Below, piece by piece: positions 27,850 through 37,570 of a stretch of 64,000 nucleotides of DNA (positions are counted from its first letter, which is position 1; each line of letters opens with the position of its first letter). A program made the position numbers and the translations under genes. Source of the stretch: an uncultured Collinsella sp. (lineage in GTDB: Bacteria; Actinomycetota; Coriobacteriia; Coriobacteriales; Coriobacteriaceae); contig CAUATU010000002.1 of NCBI GenBank assembly GCA_958432255.1, positions 21,285 to 85,284 of the forward strand. Reading direction: 5' to 3'. A model generated the notes under the pieces. It ran no database searches, was not told the origin of the DNA, and saw only the letters and a program-made list of their open reading frames with translations.

Positions 27850-30600
27850 TTAGGCGGAACGCTTGGCCTCGAGCTTGGCCTGAGCGGCAGCCAGGCGTGC
27901 GAGGGGCACGCGATAGGGCGAGCAGGACACGTAGTCCACGTCGGCCACGTTAAACAGGCCCTTGATGGACTTGGGGTCGCCGCCGTGCTCGCCGCACACG
28001 CCAAAGTGCATGTCGGGGTTGGTGGCGCGACCCTTCTCGACAGCCATACGCACGAGCTCGAGCACCGCCACGTCGATGGTCTCGAAGGGGTTGTCCTTCA
28101 AGATCTTCTTGTGCATGTACAGCGGAATGAACTTGGCCTCGGCATCATCGCGGGAGAAGCCGAAGGTGGTCTGGGTGAGGTCGTTGGTGCCAAAGCAGAA
28201 GAAGTCTGCGTGATGGGCGATCTCGTCAGCGACCATGCAGGCGCGCGGCAGCTCGAGCATCGTGCCCACGGGAATATTGAGCTCGACGCCCTCTTCGTCG
28301 GAAACCTCGGCGATCACGCGCTCGATGACCTCGCGGGTCTGGACATGCTCAGCCGTAATGGAAACGAGCGGAACCATGATCTCGGGGCGCGGGTCGACAC
28401 CATCCTTGATAAGGCGGGCAGCAGCCCTGGCGACGGCGCGGACCTGCATGAGCGGCAGATCGCCAAAGACGACGGACAGGCGCACGCCGCGCAGGCCGAG
28501 CATCGGGTTGGACTCGACCATGCCGTCAATGCGACGCAGGCGGGCGCGCAGGGCAGTGAGCTCCTCCTCGGGAGCGCCGGCGGCCTCCTTCTTGGTGATG
28601 GCGACCTCGAGCTCGCGAGGATTATCCAAGAACTCATGAAGCGGCGGATCGAGCAGGCGGACGACCACATCGCGACCAGACATGGTCTTGAACATCGCAA
28701 GGAAGTCCTCGGTCTGAACCTTGAGCAGGTCGGCCAGAGCCTGCTGCTTCACGGCCTCATCGTCAGACAGGATGAAGCTCTGGATAATGTTCTTACGATC
28801 GCCCAGGAACATGTGCTCGGTGCGGCACAGGCCAATAGCCTCGGCGCCAAACTCAAGAGCGAGCTCGGCATCCTCGGGGTTGTCGGCGTTGACGCGCACG
28901 TGGTTGGCGTGACCGTCGGTCTCGTCCAAACGGATCTCGTCGGCCCAGGACAGGATGGTGTCCAGGTCGCCGGTAAGCTCGGCGGAGACTAGGTCGACGG
29001 GACCGTCGACGACGACGCCCTGGGTGCCGTCGATGGAAATGACATCGCCCTCGTGCAGCACGCGGTCACTGCCCTCGATACGCACGACCTTCTCAGCAGC
29101 GTCGATATGGAAGCGCTCAACGCCGCAGACGCAGGGCGTACCCATGCCGCGGGCGATAACGGCGGCATGGCTCGTCTTGCCACCGTGGCTGGTCAGGATG
29201 CCCTCGGCGGCAACCATACCCTTCAGGTCGTCGGGGTTGGTCTCCCAACGAACCAGAATGACCTTATGACCCTCGTTGGCGCGCGCGACGGCGTCATCGC
29301 TCGAGAACACGACCTCGCCCACGGCGGCACCGGGGCTGGCGTTAAGACCGCTGGCCAGCGCCTCGTACTTCTTGGAGGCGTCAAACTGCGGGTGCAGAAG
29401 CTGGTCGAGCTGCGAGGGATCGATGCGGCTCACAGCTTCCTCGCGGGTGATCAGGCCCTCCTCGACCATCTCGATGGCGATACGCAGAGCGGCGGTTGCG
29501 GTACGCTTGCCCACGCGGGTCTGGAGCATCCAGAGCTTACCTTGCTCGATGGTGAACTCGATGTCGCACATATCGCGATAGTGATCCTCGAGCGTCAGGA
29601 AGACGCGCTCAAGCTCCTCTCCCGCGGACTCAAGGCCCGGGGTAGCCTTGAGGTCGGCGATGGGCTCGGTGTTGCGGATGCCGGCGACAACGTCCTCGCC
29701 CTGGGCGTTGACCAGAAAGTCGCCGTAGAACTCTTTGGTGCCGTCGGCCGGGTTGCGCGTAAAGGCAACACCGGTCGCAGAAGTCTCGCCCTTGTTGCCA
29801 AAGGCCATGGCCTGCACGTTGACGGCGGTGCCGAGCTCGTCGGAAATACCATGCTGCTTGCGGTAGATGCAGGCGCGCTCGTTCATCCAGCTGCCAAAGA
29901 CAGCCTGGATGGCAAGGCGCAGCTGAAGCTCAGGATCGTGCGGGAAAACGGGCTTGCCGTCGGCAACCTCGAGCTCGGGATACAGGGCGGCCTCGACGTT
30001 CTCGGAGAAGATGCCCTTGAAGGTCTCGACGAGCTCCTGCAGGTCCTCGGCCGAAAGCTCGGAATCGACGCGGACGCCGGCGACCAAGCGTGCCTGGGTC
30101 AGTGCATTCTCGAACAGGTCGGCGTCGACGCCCATGACGACGTTGGAGAACATCTGGATAAAGCGGCGGTAGCTATCCCAGGCAAAACGCGGATTTTGCG
30201 TCTGGGCGATGAGACCCTGAACGGAGTCGTCGTTGAGGCCCAGGTTGAGGACCGTATCCATCATACCGGGCATGGAAAACGGAGCGCCCGAGCGAACCGA
30301 CACGAGTAGCGGATCGGAGGCGTCACCGAGCTTCTTTCCGCAGCGGGCCTCGAGGTCGGCCTCGGCGGCAACGATCTCGTCGAGTGCGCCTTCGGGCCAG
30401 ACGTTGCCGGCGCCGGAGTACTCGACACAGGTCTGGCAGGTAATGGTAAAGCCACCGGGAACCGGCAGGCCGATGCGGCTCATCTCGGCAAGGTTTGCGC
30501 CCTTGCCGCCAAGCACGAAGTTCATGGACTTGTCGCCCTCAGTGACACAGGTGCCCTGGGCGTCGGTTCCAAAACGGTAAACCCTCTTGCAATCGCTCAC
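27850..30600 (-). CDS. ppdK: pyruvate, phosphate dikinase
   Basis: About 916 aa with GGKGANLAEM, GGKTSHAAVIARGMGTPCV and the PEP-utilizing C-terminal domain. Start set at the GTG (VSDCKRVYRF...), which has GGAAGGGGAAG 4 nt upstream. The track start is 7 codons earlier. Confidence 0.93.
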   Translation of the reverse strand: MSDCKRVYRFGTDAQGTCVTEGDKSMNFVLGGKGANLAEMSRIGLPVPGGFTITCQTCVEYSGAGNVWPEGALDEIVAAEADLEARCGKKLGDASDPLLVSVRSGAPFSMPGMMDTVLNLGLNDDSVQGLIAQTQNPRFAWDSYRRFIQMFSNVVMGVDADLFENALTQARLVAGVRVDSELSAEDLQELVETFKGIFSENVEAALYPELEVADGKPVFPHDPELQLRLAIQAVFGSWMNERACIYRKQHGISDELGTAVNVQAMAFGNKGETSATGVAFTRNPADGTKEFYGDFLVNAQGEDVVAGIRNTEPIADLKATPGLESAGEELERVFLTLEDHYRDMCDIEFTIEQGKLWMLQTRVGKRTATAALRIAIEMVEEGLITREEAVSRIDPSQLDQLLHPQFDASKKYEALASGLNASPGAAVGEVVFSSDDAVARANEGHKVILVRWETNPDDLKGMVAAEGILTSHGGKTSHAAVIARGMGTPCVCGVERFHIDAAEKVVRIEGSDRVLHEGDVISIDGTQGVVVDGPVDLVSAELTGDLDTILSWADEIRLDETDGHANHVRVNADNPEDAELALEFGAEAIGLCRTEHMFLGDRKNIIQSFILSDDEAVKQQALADLLKVQTEDFLAMFKTMSGRDVVVRLLDPPLHEFLDNPRELEVAITKKEAAGAPEEELTALRARLRRIDGMVESNPMLGLRGVRLSVVFGDLPLMQVRAVARAAARLIKDGVDPRPEIMVPLVSITAEHVQTREVIERVIAEVSDEEGVELNIPVGTMLELPRACMVADEIAHHADFFCFGTNDLTQTTFGFSRDDAEAKFIPLYMHKKILKDNPFETIDVAVLELVRMAVEKGRATNPDMHFGVCGEHGGDPKSIKGLFNVADVDYVSCSPYRVPLARLAAAQAKLEAKRSA

Positions 30601-30722
30601 GATACTTCCCCTTCCATGCACTTACGCGCACGACCGTGGTGACGAATCGACCCGCCGTATGCGAGCCGTGAGGGTACTATACGGCGAGCATTGAGCGGGC
30701 TTGCGCAGAGGACGCGGGGGTT

Positions 30723-30770
30723 GGTAAACGTGGTAAATATGGCGGTAAACGGTAGGTAAAGGTGGTTACC
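30723..30770. repeat. four phased TTTACC/GGTAAA direct repeats (9-12 bp spacing) upstream of ppdK
   Basis: ggtaaacgtggtaaatatggcggtaaacggtaggtaaaggtggttacc lies 120-170 nt upstream of the ppdK start. The repeat period is close to one helical turn. Confidence 0.5.
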
Positions 30771-30897
30771 TTATGAAGATACCAATGCAAGAGGCTTGCA
30801 GGTCAAATGCCAGTTTCTTGCTAAATCGCTTTACCATTCTCGTGCATTATTTTTAGTTAGTTATTTTAGACGGGGCATTTTTAGCTACCCCAATAAA

Positions 30898-31773
30898 CTA
30901 GCTTTGTTGGGCTCGACGGGTGGCGCGGCGGGCACGGGCTTCTTGGATTTCCTCCAAGTGGCTGATGATCTCGGAGGCGCTCTCCTCGATTGCCTTGCCG
31001 TCGGTGCGCACCACAAAGCAGCCCAGGCGCTTCATAAGGGCACGAGCCTCCTCGAGCTCACTGCGTACACTCTCGGGCTCGGCATATGAGCCGGCAACGG
31101 CACGGGCGTAGTCATCGCCCAAGCGGCTATCGCGAATCTCAGAAATAACGTCGACGGTCGAAATCAGGCCAAACAACCGCATCGGGTCGACCTCGTAAAT
31201 CGACTTCGGCGGCTCCACGCCATGGGCCAACGGAACATTGGCAACCTTGTAACCTTGATAGGCCAAATACATCGACAGCGGCGTCTTGGACGTGCGCGAT
31301 ACGCCCAGCAGCACGATATCGGCACCCGACAGATCGTCGCAACCGCGCCCGTCATCGTGCTCAACGAAATACTCCATGGCCTCGATACGATGGAAATAGC
31401 GGTCATCGGTCCTGTGAATCACGCCCGCGACGCCCTTGGGCGGCACACCGATAAGCGACGACAGCACGGCGAGGGTCGGACCGATCAGGTCGACCGAGCG
31501 AATGTGCAGCATGCCCAAGTAGTCGAGCACGCGAGCACGAAGCGCCGGGTCGACGATGGTATGGAACACGGCGATATCGCGATGGTCCGCATCGACACGC
31601 GGACCCACAAACGACTTGACCTGCTCCACTGAGTTCACCTTGGGCAGGCGCAAGAGACGAAAAGCCCCTTCATCAAATTGCCCGGACGCCGCAAGCACCA
31701 CCTCACAAGCGGTATCACCGAGCGAGTCGGAGATAACGATAACGGTGGGACGAGCGGTGACCGGGCAATCCAT
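30898..31773 (-). CDS. pyruvate, phosphate dikinase regulatory protein (PDRP, kinase/pyrophosphorylase, DUF299)
   Basis: 291 aa with P-loop GVSRTSKTP. AAAGGAG lies 6 nt upstream of the ATG. Adjacent to ppdK. Confidence 0.85.
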   Translation of the reverse strand: MDCPVTARPTVIVISDSLGDTACEVVLAASGQFDEGAFRLLRLPKVNSVEQVKSFVGPRVDADHRDIAVFHTIVDPALRARVLDYLGMLHIRSVDLIGPTLAVLSSLIGVPPKGVAGVIHRTDDRYFHRIEAMEYFVEHDDGRGCDDLSGADIVLLGVSRTSKTPLSMYLAYQGYKVANVPLAHGVEPPKSIYEVDPMRLFGLISTVDVISEIRDSRLGDDYARAVAGSYAEPESVRSELEEARALMKRLGCFVVRTDGKAIEESASEIISHLEEIQEARARRATRRAQQS

Positions 31774-31807
31774 GCGGGGCTCCTTTTGCGCTTATGCGCA
31801 GGCTAGC

Positions 31808-33904
31808 TTACTTTTTGCGGGCAAGCTCACCGATGTTGGCGATGCCGGAGAAAACGGCCTCGAAGCGGTTGAGCAGCTTAAGGCGATTATCGCGAAGCTG
31901 CTCGTCCTTGTCCATGACCATAACCTCATCGAAGAAGCGGTCGATGGGGGCACGCAGGGCGGCGAGGGCGGCAAATGCGGCAGGGTAATCCTCGGCAGCG
32001 AGAGCAGCATCGACGGCGGTCTGAGCGGCCTCGGAGGCGTCGGCAAGCGCGAGCTCGACCTCGCCCATCAGGGCGCGGTCGTACTCCGCACCCAGCTCGG
32101 GCTTGGAGATGTGCGCGGCGCGGGCATAGGCGGTAGCCAGGTTGTCGAACGTCTCAGCGTCGTTCTTGCGGGCCTCGTCGAGGGCGGCGCAGCGGGCGAA
32201 GAAGACGGACGGGGCGATGATGTGCACCGCGGAGACGGCGGCAACGGTATCGGCCGGAATCTTTTCGTCACGGGCCATGCTCACCAGGCGGCCATGGAAG
32301 AAGTCGCGAACCTGCTGGGCGACCTCGGCGGCGTCGAACTCAATGCCCTGCTCACTGTAGAGCTCGAGGGCGAAGTCGATGAGCAACGTAGGGTCGATCG
32401 GCAGACGGTCGCGCAGGATGTTGATGATGCCGATAGCGGCACGACGCAGCGCGTAGGGGTCGGAGGAACCGGTCGGGGGCTCGCCGATGGCAAAGATACC
32501 GGCGATGGTATCGAGCTTGTCGGCGCAGGCCACGATGCAGCCAGCGGTGCCCTCGGGCAGCTCGTCACCGGCAAAGCGAGGACGATAGTGATCACGAATA
32601 GCATGAGCGACCTCGTCGTTCTCCCCCATCGCAGTCGCGTAATAACCGCCCATCACGCCCTGCTGGCTCGTGAACTCGACAACGGCGTTGGATACCAGGT
32701 CGGCCTTGCACAGGTGCGCGGCGCGAGCAGCGTCGGCGGCAAGGTGGGCGCCCAGATGAGCCTCGCGGGCAATAGAGAGCGCGAGTTGCTCGATGCGCTC
32801 GGACTTGGCGAGCACGCTACCGAGCTTCTCCTGGAAGGCAACCTTGGCCAGACGCTCACGGAAATCGTCGAGGGAGATCTTCAGGTCCTCCTCGTAGAAG
32901 AACTTGGCGTCGTCCAGACGGGCGCGCACGACGCGCTCATTACCGTCGATCACGCGCTCGGCATTCTCGGGCTTGCTGTTGGAAACGACCACGAACTCAC
33001 GCGTGAGCTTACCCTCGCCGTCATATATCGGGAAGTAGCGCTGGTTGGTGAGCATGGACTCACAGATGATCTCGTGCGGGACCTTGAGGAACTCCTCATC
33101 GAAGGTACCGACGAGCACCGTCGGCCACTCGCAGAGGTTAATGACCTCCTCAAAGACCTTCTTGGGCGTATCGACATGGCAGCCGGGACGGGCAGCCTCA
33201 ACCTCGGCGATACCGGCGAGGATGGCCTCACGACGACGCTCGGCAGAAAGCACACCGGCGTCCTCGAGCACCTGCTCGTAAACAGCGGGGCTGGCAACCA
33301 CATGGTCGCCAGGGCCAAGTACGCGATGACCGCGCGTGGTGTTGCCGCTCGTCACGTCGGCAAACGACACGGGCACAACATCCTCGCCCAAAAGACAGCA
33401 AATCCAACGGACCGGACGAACAAAAGTCGCGTGCTCGTGGCCCCAGCGCTGGCTGCGGTAGTTGGGCCACTGCAGGCCGGCGATGGTCTTCTCGCACAGA
33501 GCCGTCAGGATCGGCGTAGCCGGAGCGGAGGGAATGTTCTTCTCGGCGAACACGTACTCACGGCCGTCGGTATCCTCGCGACGAACCAGGTCCTCGGCAG
33601 ACACACCGCACTTGCGGGCAAAGCCCTGGGCGGCCTTGGTGGCGTTGCCGTCGGCATCAAAAGCAATGTTTGCTGCGGGGCCGCGCTTGACCTCATGGAC
33701 CTCATCGGTGGCGGTGGCGACGTTGGCCACGAGCGCAGCCAGACGACGCGGGCTCGAGATCACGCGGACCTCGCCATGGGCCAGACCGGCCTCGTCGAGG
33801 CCCTTGGCGATCATGGTGCCGAGCTGCTTGACGGCATTGTTCAGCGGTGCGGAGGGCATTTCCTCCGTACCGATCTCAAACAGGAAATCCTTAGCGTCTG
33901 CCAT
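31808..33904 (-). CDS. glyS: glycine--tRNA ligase beta subunit
   Basis: 698 aa with N-terminus MADAKDFLFEIGTEEMP. Confidence 0.93.
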   Translation of the reverse strand: MADAKDFLFEIGTEEMPSAPLNNAVKQLGTMIAKGLDEAGLAHGEVRVISSPRRLAALVANVATATDEVHEVKRGPAANIAFDADGNATKAAQGFARKCGVSAEDLVRREDTDGREYVFAEKNIPSAPATPILTALCEKTIAGLQWPNYRSQRWGHEHATFVRPVRWICCLLGEDVVPVSFADVTSGNTTRGHRVLGPGDHVVASPAVYEQVLEDAGVLSAERRREAILAGIAEVEAARPGCHVDTPKKVFEEVINLCEWPTVLVGTFDEEFLKVPHEIICESMLTNQRYFPIYDGEGKLTREFVVVSNSKPENAERVIDGNERVVRARLDDAKFFYEEDLKISLDDFRERLAKVAFQEKLGSVLAKSERIEQLALSIAREAHLGAHLAADAARAAHLCKADLVSNAVVEFTSQQGVMGGYYATAMGENDEVAHAIRDHYRPRFAGDELPEGTAGCIVACADKLDTIAGIFAIGEPPTGSSDPYALRRAAIGIINILRDRLPIDPTLLIDFALELYSEQGIEFDAAEVAQQVRDFFHGRLVSMARDEKIPADTVAAVSAVHIIAPSVFFARCAALDEARKNDAETFDNLATAYARAAHISKPELGAEYDRALMGEVELALADASEAAQTAVDAALAAEDYPAAFAALAALRAPIDRFFDEVMVMDKDEQLRDNRLKLLNRFEAVFSGIANIGELARKK

Positions 33905-33907
33905 GGC

Positions 33908-34819
33908 TTACGCCACCTCGCCTTCCTGGTCGGCATTCTCGTTGACTCCGGCGACCTCGGCCATATAGGCCTCGCAGCACGCCTTGGCGACGGCGCGGAC
34001 GCGCAGGATGTAGTTAGCACGCTCGACCGCGGACAGCGCACCGCGAGCATCGAGCAGGTTGAAAGCGTGGCTGCACTTCATGACGCAGTCATATGCCGGC
34101 AGCGGCAGCTTGCGCTCCAGGCAGGAGTGGCACTCGGCCTCGTAGTCATCAAACTTCTGACGCATCATCTCCACGTTGGCGACCTCAAAGTTATAGGCAC
34201 TGAACTCGCGCTCGTTCTCGAGGAACACGTCGCCATAGGTCATGGGCGTGCCGTCGGGCAGGTAGCTCCACACCAGGTCGTAGACGGAGTTGACGCCCTG
34301 GGCGTACATGGCGATACGCTCCAGACCATAGGTGATCTCGACGGGCACGGGATCAACCTCGATGCCGCCCACCTGCTGGAAGTACGTAAACTGCGTGACC
34401 TCCATGCCATTGAGCCAGACCTCCCAGCCAAGGCCCCAGGCGCCAAGGGTCGGGCTCTCCCAGTCGTCCTCGACAAAGCGGACGTCATGGTCGTTGGGGT
34501 CCAGGCCAATGGCGGCCAGCGAACCCAGGTAGAGCTCCTGGGCGTTGACCGGCGAGGGCTTGATGAGCACCTGGAACTGATAGTAGTGCTGCATGCGGTT
34601 GGGGTTCTCGCCGTAGCGGCCGTCGGCGGGACGGCGGCAGGGCTGCGCATAGCAGGTGCGCCACTCGGCGGGACCGAGCGAGCGCAGCGTGGTCGCGGTA
34701 TGGAAGGTACCGGCACCGACCTCGGAGTCATAGGGCTGCATAATGACGCAGCCCTGCTCGCCCCAGTACTGCTGGAGGCGCAGGATGATGTCTTGGAAGG
34801 AAAGCGATGAAGCGTTCAT
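33908..34819 (-). CDS. glyQ: glycine--tRNA ligase alpha subunit
   Basis: 303 aa with [17 protein letters not shown]. Confidence 0.93.
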   Translation of the reverse strand: MNASSLSFQDIILRLQQYWGEQGCVIMQPYDSEVGAGTFHTATTLRSLGPAEWRTCYAQPCRRPADGRYGENPNRMQHYYQFQVLIKPSPVNAQELYLGSLAAIGLDPNDHDVRFVEDDWESPTLGAWGLGWEVWLNGMEVTQFTYFQQVGGIEVDPVPVEITYGLERIAMYAQGVNSVYDLVWSYLPDGTPMTYGDVFLENEREFSAYNFEVANVEMMRQKFDDYEAECHSCLERKLPLPAYDCVMKCSHAFNLLDARGALSAVERANYILRVRAVAKACCEAYMAEVAGVNENADQEGEVA

Positions 34820-34878
34820 GCCTCTAATATCCCCTCGTCGAAACGATTACACGGTTAGGTACTGTACTATAGCGGTTT

Positions 34879-35442
34879 TTAGTCGATAGCGCCGATGCGG
34901 TTGAGCGGCCAGTAGCGAACGAGTGCCACAGCGATCAAATCAGAGCGATCGACGGGACCAAAGTAGCGTGAGTCGGCAGAGTTTTCGCGGTTGTCGCCCA
35001 TCACCCACACGCACCCGTCGGGAACGGTGTAGGGATAGCTTACCTGAGCGCCGGGCGCTTGGACCGAAAGTGGCCAGCTCATGCCCGTCGTATAGTCCTC
35101 GTCGAGCGCTTGGCCGTCAACGACCACCTTGCCATCCTGCAGGTCGACCGTCTGGCCGGCCGTGGCAATAACGCGCTTGACAAGAACATCATGCTCGGAG
35201 GTGCCATCGGGGTTGTGAAACACCACGATATCGCCCTGCTTGACGGGCTGACCGAGCTCGAGGCTCACCTTTTGTGCCAAGATCTGGTCGCCAATCTCGA
35301 TCGTGGACTCCATGGAGCCGGTGGGCACCACAAAGGGCTCGACCACAAACGAGCGAATCAGGAAGGTGGCGACCAGCGCGATCGCGATGACCGCGATCCA
35401 CTCAAAAACGCCCCTCAACGCGGAATGTTGCGTAGGAACCAT
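34879..35442 (-). CDS. lepB: signal peptidase I
   Basis: S26 motifs (PTGSMESTI, VMGDNRENSADSRYFG). Start set at the ATG (M3), which has GAGGAG 5 nt upstream. The track GTG overlaps the trmD stop. Confidence 0.88.
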   Translation of the reverse strand: MVPTQHSALRGVFEWIAVIAIALVATFLIRSFVVEPFVVPTGSMESTIEIGDQILAQKVSLELGQPVKQGDIVVFHNPDGTSEHDVLVKRVIATAGQTVDLQDGKVVVDGQALDEDYTTGMSWPLSVQAPGAQVSYPYTVPDGCVWVMGDNRENSADSRYFGPVDRSDLIAVALVRYWPLNRIGAID

Positions 35443-35444
35443 AC

Positions 35445-36203
35445 TCACTCCTCGCTCTGCGAATACGAAGCGTCAAGAATCTCCTGCGCGTAAGCGCGCT
35501 CCTCGGGCGTCAGCCGTGCCGTCTCGATCAAGTCGGGACGCCAGCGGCAGGTGCGCTCGATGGCGTTCTTGCGACGCCAGGCATCGACCTTGGCGTGATC
35601 GCCGCTCACAAGCACCGGAGGCACGCCCTCGCCGTTGAACTCGGCAGGACGGGTGTACTGCGCGTACTCGAGCAGGCCTCCGTCCTCGGCGGTCGAGAAC
35701 GACTCGTCGACGTTGCTCATCTCGTCACCAAGGGCGCCGGGAATGAGGCGTACGACGGCATCGGCAACGACCATAGCGGGAAGTTCGCCGCCCGTAAGCA
35801 CATAGTCGCCAATCGACAGACGCTCATCGGCATACGCATACGCGCGCTCGTCGACGCCCTCGTAACGGCTGCACACAAACAGCAGGCGCTCACTTTTGAG
35901 CAGGCGCTCGGCCACATGCTGCGTAAAGGGCTCGCCACAGGGGGTAAAGAACACCACAGTGGGCTTGGGACCCTCTGCGCTAATGGCCTCGATGGCCTCT
36001 GCGATAGGCTCGACCTTCATAAGCATGCCCTGCCCGCCGCCGTACGGCTCGTCATCGACGGTACGATGGCGGTCGTGCGTCCAGTCGCGCAGGTTATACG
36101 CCTTAAAATCAAAAAGGCCGGCCTTGCGGGCGCGGCCCAAAATCGATGTGGACATGACGGGCTCAAACATCTCGGGAAAGACCGAAAGGGTCTCAATCAG
36201 CAT
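35445..36203 (-). CDS. trmD: tRNA (guanine37-N1)-methyltransferase
   Basis: LFPEMF and GGGQGM motifs of the SPOUT family. Confidence 0.93.
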   Translation of the reverse strand: MLIETLSVFPEMFEPVMSTSILGRARKAGLFDFKAYNLRDWTHDRHRTVDDEPYGGGQGMLMKVEPIAEAIEAISAEGPKPTVVFFTPCGEPFTQHVAERLLKSERLLFVCSRYEGVDERAYAYADERLSIGDYVLTGGELPAMVVADAVVRLIPGALGDEMSNVDESFSTAEDGGLLEYAQYTRPAEFNGEGVPPVLVSGDHAKVDAWRRKNAIERTCRWRPDLIETARLTPEERAYAQEILDASYSQSEE

Positions 36204-36213
36204 GTTGTCCTCC

Positions 36214-36735
36214 CTACTTGTCCATATCGATCAGGCCGTCCATAACGTGGACGGAAATTGTTCCTGTGTCGGGAAGATCGAGCACAACCTGCTCGATCAC
36301 GGGAATCAGTACCTCGCCGTACCGATCGCCCTCGACAACCCAAACATCGTTAGCGGGCGTCGACATGATCTCGACGATCGTGCCGAGCGAACCGAAACGC
36401 TCGTCGACCACCTCGCGACCCATCAGGTCGGTATAGGCAGCGTCGAGCGAATCGAGCTCAAAGTCGTCACGATTTGCCAGCACATAGCATCCCGTGATGC
36501 CCTCGGCGGCCGTCAAGTCGTCAATGCCCTCAAACGAGACCAGATCGCCATCGCCCGTATCGGTGACGGACACGACCGTGCAAAAGCGGTCGCGCTTGAG
36601 CGCCGGCGGCGTCAGGGCGACGCGCATGCCCGGCTCTAATACAGAAGGAAGCCCCCGCAGCGGCTGCGCGAGGACCTCCCCCTTCCTTCCGTGCGGCTTG
36701 ACCACACGGGCGATGTTTTTGTACTGGGACCTCAA
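36214..36735 (-). CDS. rimM: ribosome maturation factor RimM
   Basis: 173 aa with a PRC-barrel. Confidence 0.88.
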   Translation of the reverse strand: MRSQYKNIARVVKPHGRKGEVLAQPLRGLPSVLEPGMRVALTPPALKRDRFCTVVSVTDTGDGDLVSFEGIDDLTAAEGITGCYVLANRDDFELDSLDAAYTDLMGREVVDERFGSLGTIVEIMSTPANDVWVVEGDRYGEVLIPVIEQVVLDLPDTGTISVHVMDGLIDMDK

Positions 36736-36739
36736 GGTC

Positions 36740-37024
36740 CTAGCCCAGAACCTCTACCTCGACAGCAGTGTCGAGGCGAGCGGCCAGTGCACGGGCGAGC
36801 GTGCGAATGGCCTTGATGGTACGGCCACGACGGCCGATGACCTTAGCGACGTCATCCTCGGCGACCGAAACCTCAATCGTAGAGGCGTCGTCACCATCGA
36901 TGACCTCAAGGCTCACGGAATCCGGGTCGTCGACGATCTGAACAACGAGATATTCGACGAGATCGGCGATGCGATCTGAGAGCATTGCCTCACCCTCGAG
37001 CTGTGCAGCGTCAACCTCAGGCAC
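36740..37024 (-). CDS. KH domain RNA-binding protein (YlqC/UPF0109 family)
   Basis: VIGRRGRTIKAIR GXXG KH motif. GTG start with GAGGAG 6 nt upstream. An alternative ATG at 36985 gives an 81-aa protein typical of the family. Confidence 0.8.
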   Translation of the reverse strand: MPEVDAAQLEGEAMLSDRIADLVEYLVVQIVDDPDSVSLEVIDGDDASTIEVSVAEDDVAKVIGRRGRTIKAIRTLARALAARLDTAVEVEVLG

Positions 37025-37027
37025 GAT

Positions 37028-37369
37028 TTACTCCTCGGCGCCCTCAGCGGCCTCAGCGGCAGCCTTAGCGGCCTCGGCCTCTTTGGCGAGCTGCTTCTTG
37101 GACTTCTTGACGACGGTCTCGGTCTTCTCGCCCTCGTTGGCGGCCTTGACCAGAGCGGCGACGGCGTCGGTGAGCTGAGCGCCCTTGGACTGCCAGTCGG
37201 CGATCTTCTCGAGGTCGAGGTTGATGGTCTTGGGGGCGGTCATCGGGTTGTAGCGGCCAACCTCCTCGATGATACGACCGTCACGCGGGGCGCGGGAATC
37301 GGCGACGACGACACGGTAGTACGGACGCTTCTTAGCGCCGTGACGAGCAAGGCGAATCTTGACTGCCAA
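37028..37369 (-). CDS. rpsP: 30S ribosomal protein S16
   Basis: Start set at the TTG ([19 protein letters not shown]), which has GGAGGAG 6 nt upstream. The track ORF is extended by 12 codons. Confidence 0.9.
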   Translation of the reverse strand: MAVKIRLARHGAKKRPYYRVVVADSRAPRDGRIIEEVGRYNPMTAPKTINLDLEKIADWQSKGAQLTDAVAALVKAANEGEKTETVVKKSKKQLAKEAEAAKAAAEAAEGAEE

Positions 37370-37425
37370 AGGAAACTCCTCCAACCAAGCAGCTTTAGGC
37401 TGCAACTACAAACAAACAGTTGAAC

Positions 37426-37454
37426 ATAATACGCCATCGACGCGGGCAGGTGAA
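37426..37454 (-). promoter_or_regulatory. candidate promoter TTCACC-N17-TATTAT for the rpsP operon
   Basis: -35 at 37449-37454 and -10 at 37426-37431 on the minus strand, about 55 nt upstream of the rpsP start. Confidence 0.4.
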
Positions 37455-37558
37455 GTCCGTGAGACCAACTTCTTCGGTGTAGTCGAGGGCAAATCCATAT
37501 CTTAGACAAGAATTCGGGATTTGCAAGCACATACACGCACCCCACATGAGCTGCGCGG

Positions 37559-37564
37559 TATACT
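37559..37564 (+). promoter_or_regulatory. -10 hexamer TATACT positioned for a leaderless dinB transcript
   Basis: TATACT-catgac-ATG places the A of the ATG at the predicted transcription start. No SD and no recognizable -35. Confidence 0.35.
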
Positions 37565-37570
37565 CATGAC

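Noticed and set aside
34820-34878. T-box leader upstream of glyQ
   Set aside because: The gap is only 59 nt, far too short for a T-box element of about 250 nt. It contains only a GTACTGTAC near-palindrome and a possible TATAGT -10.
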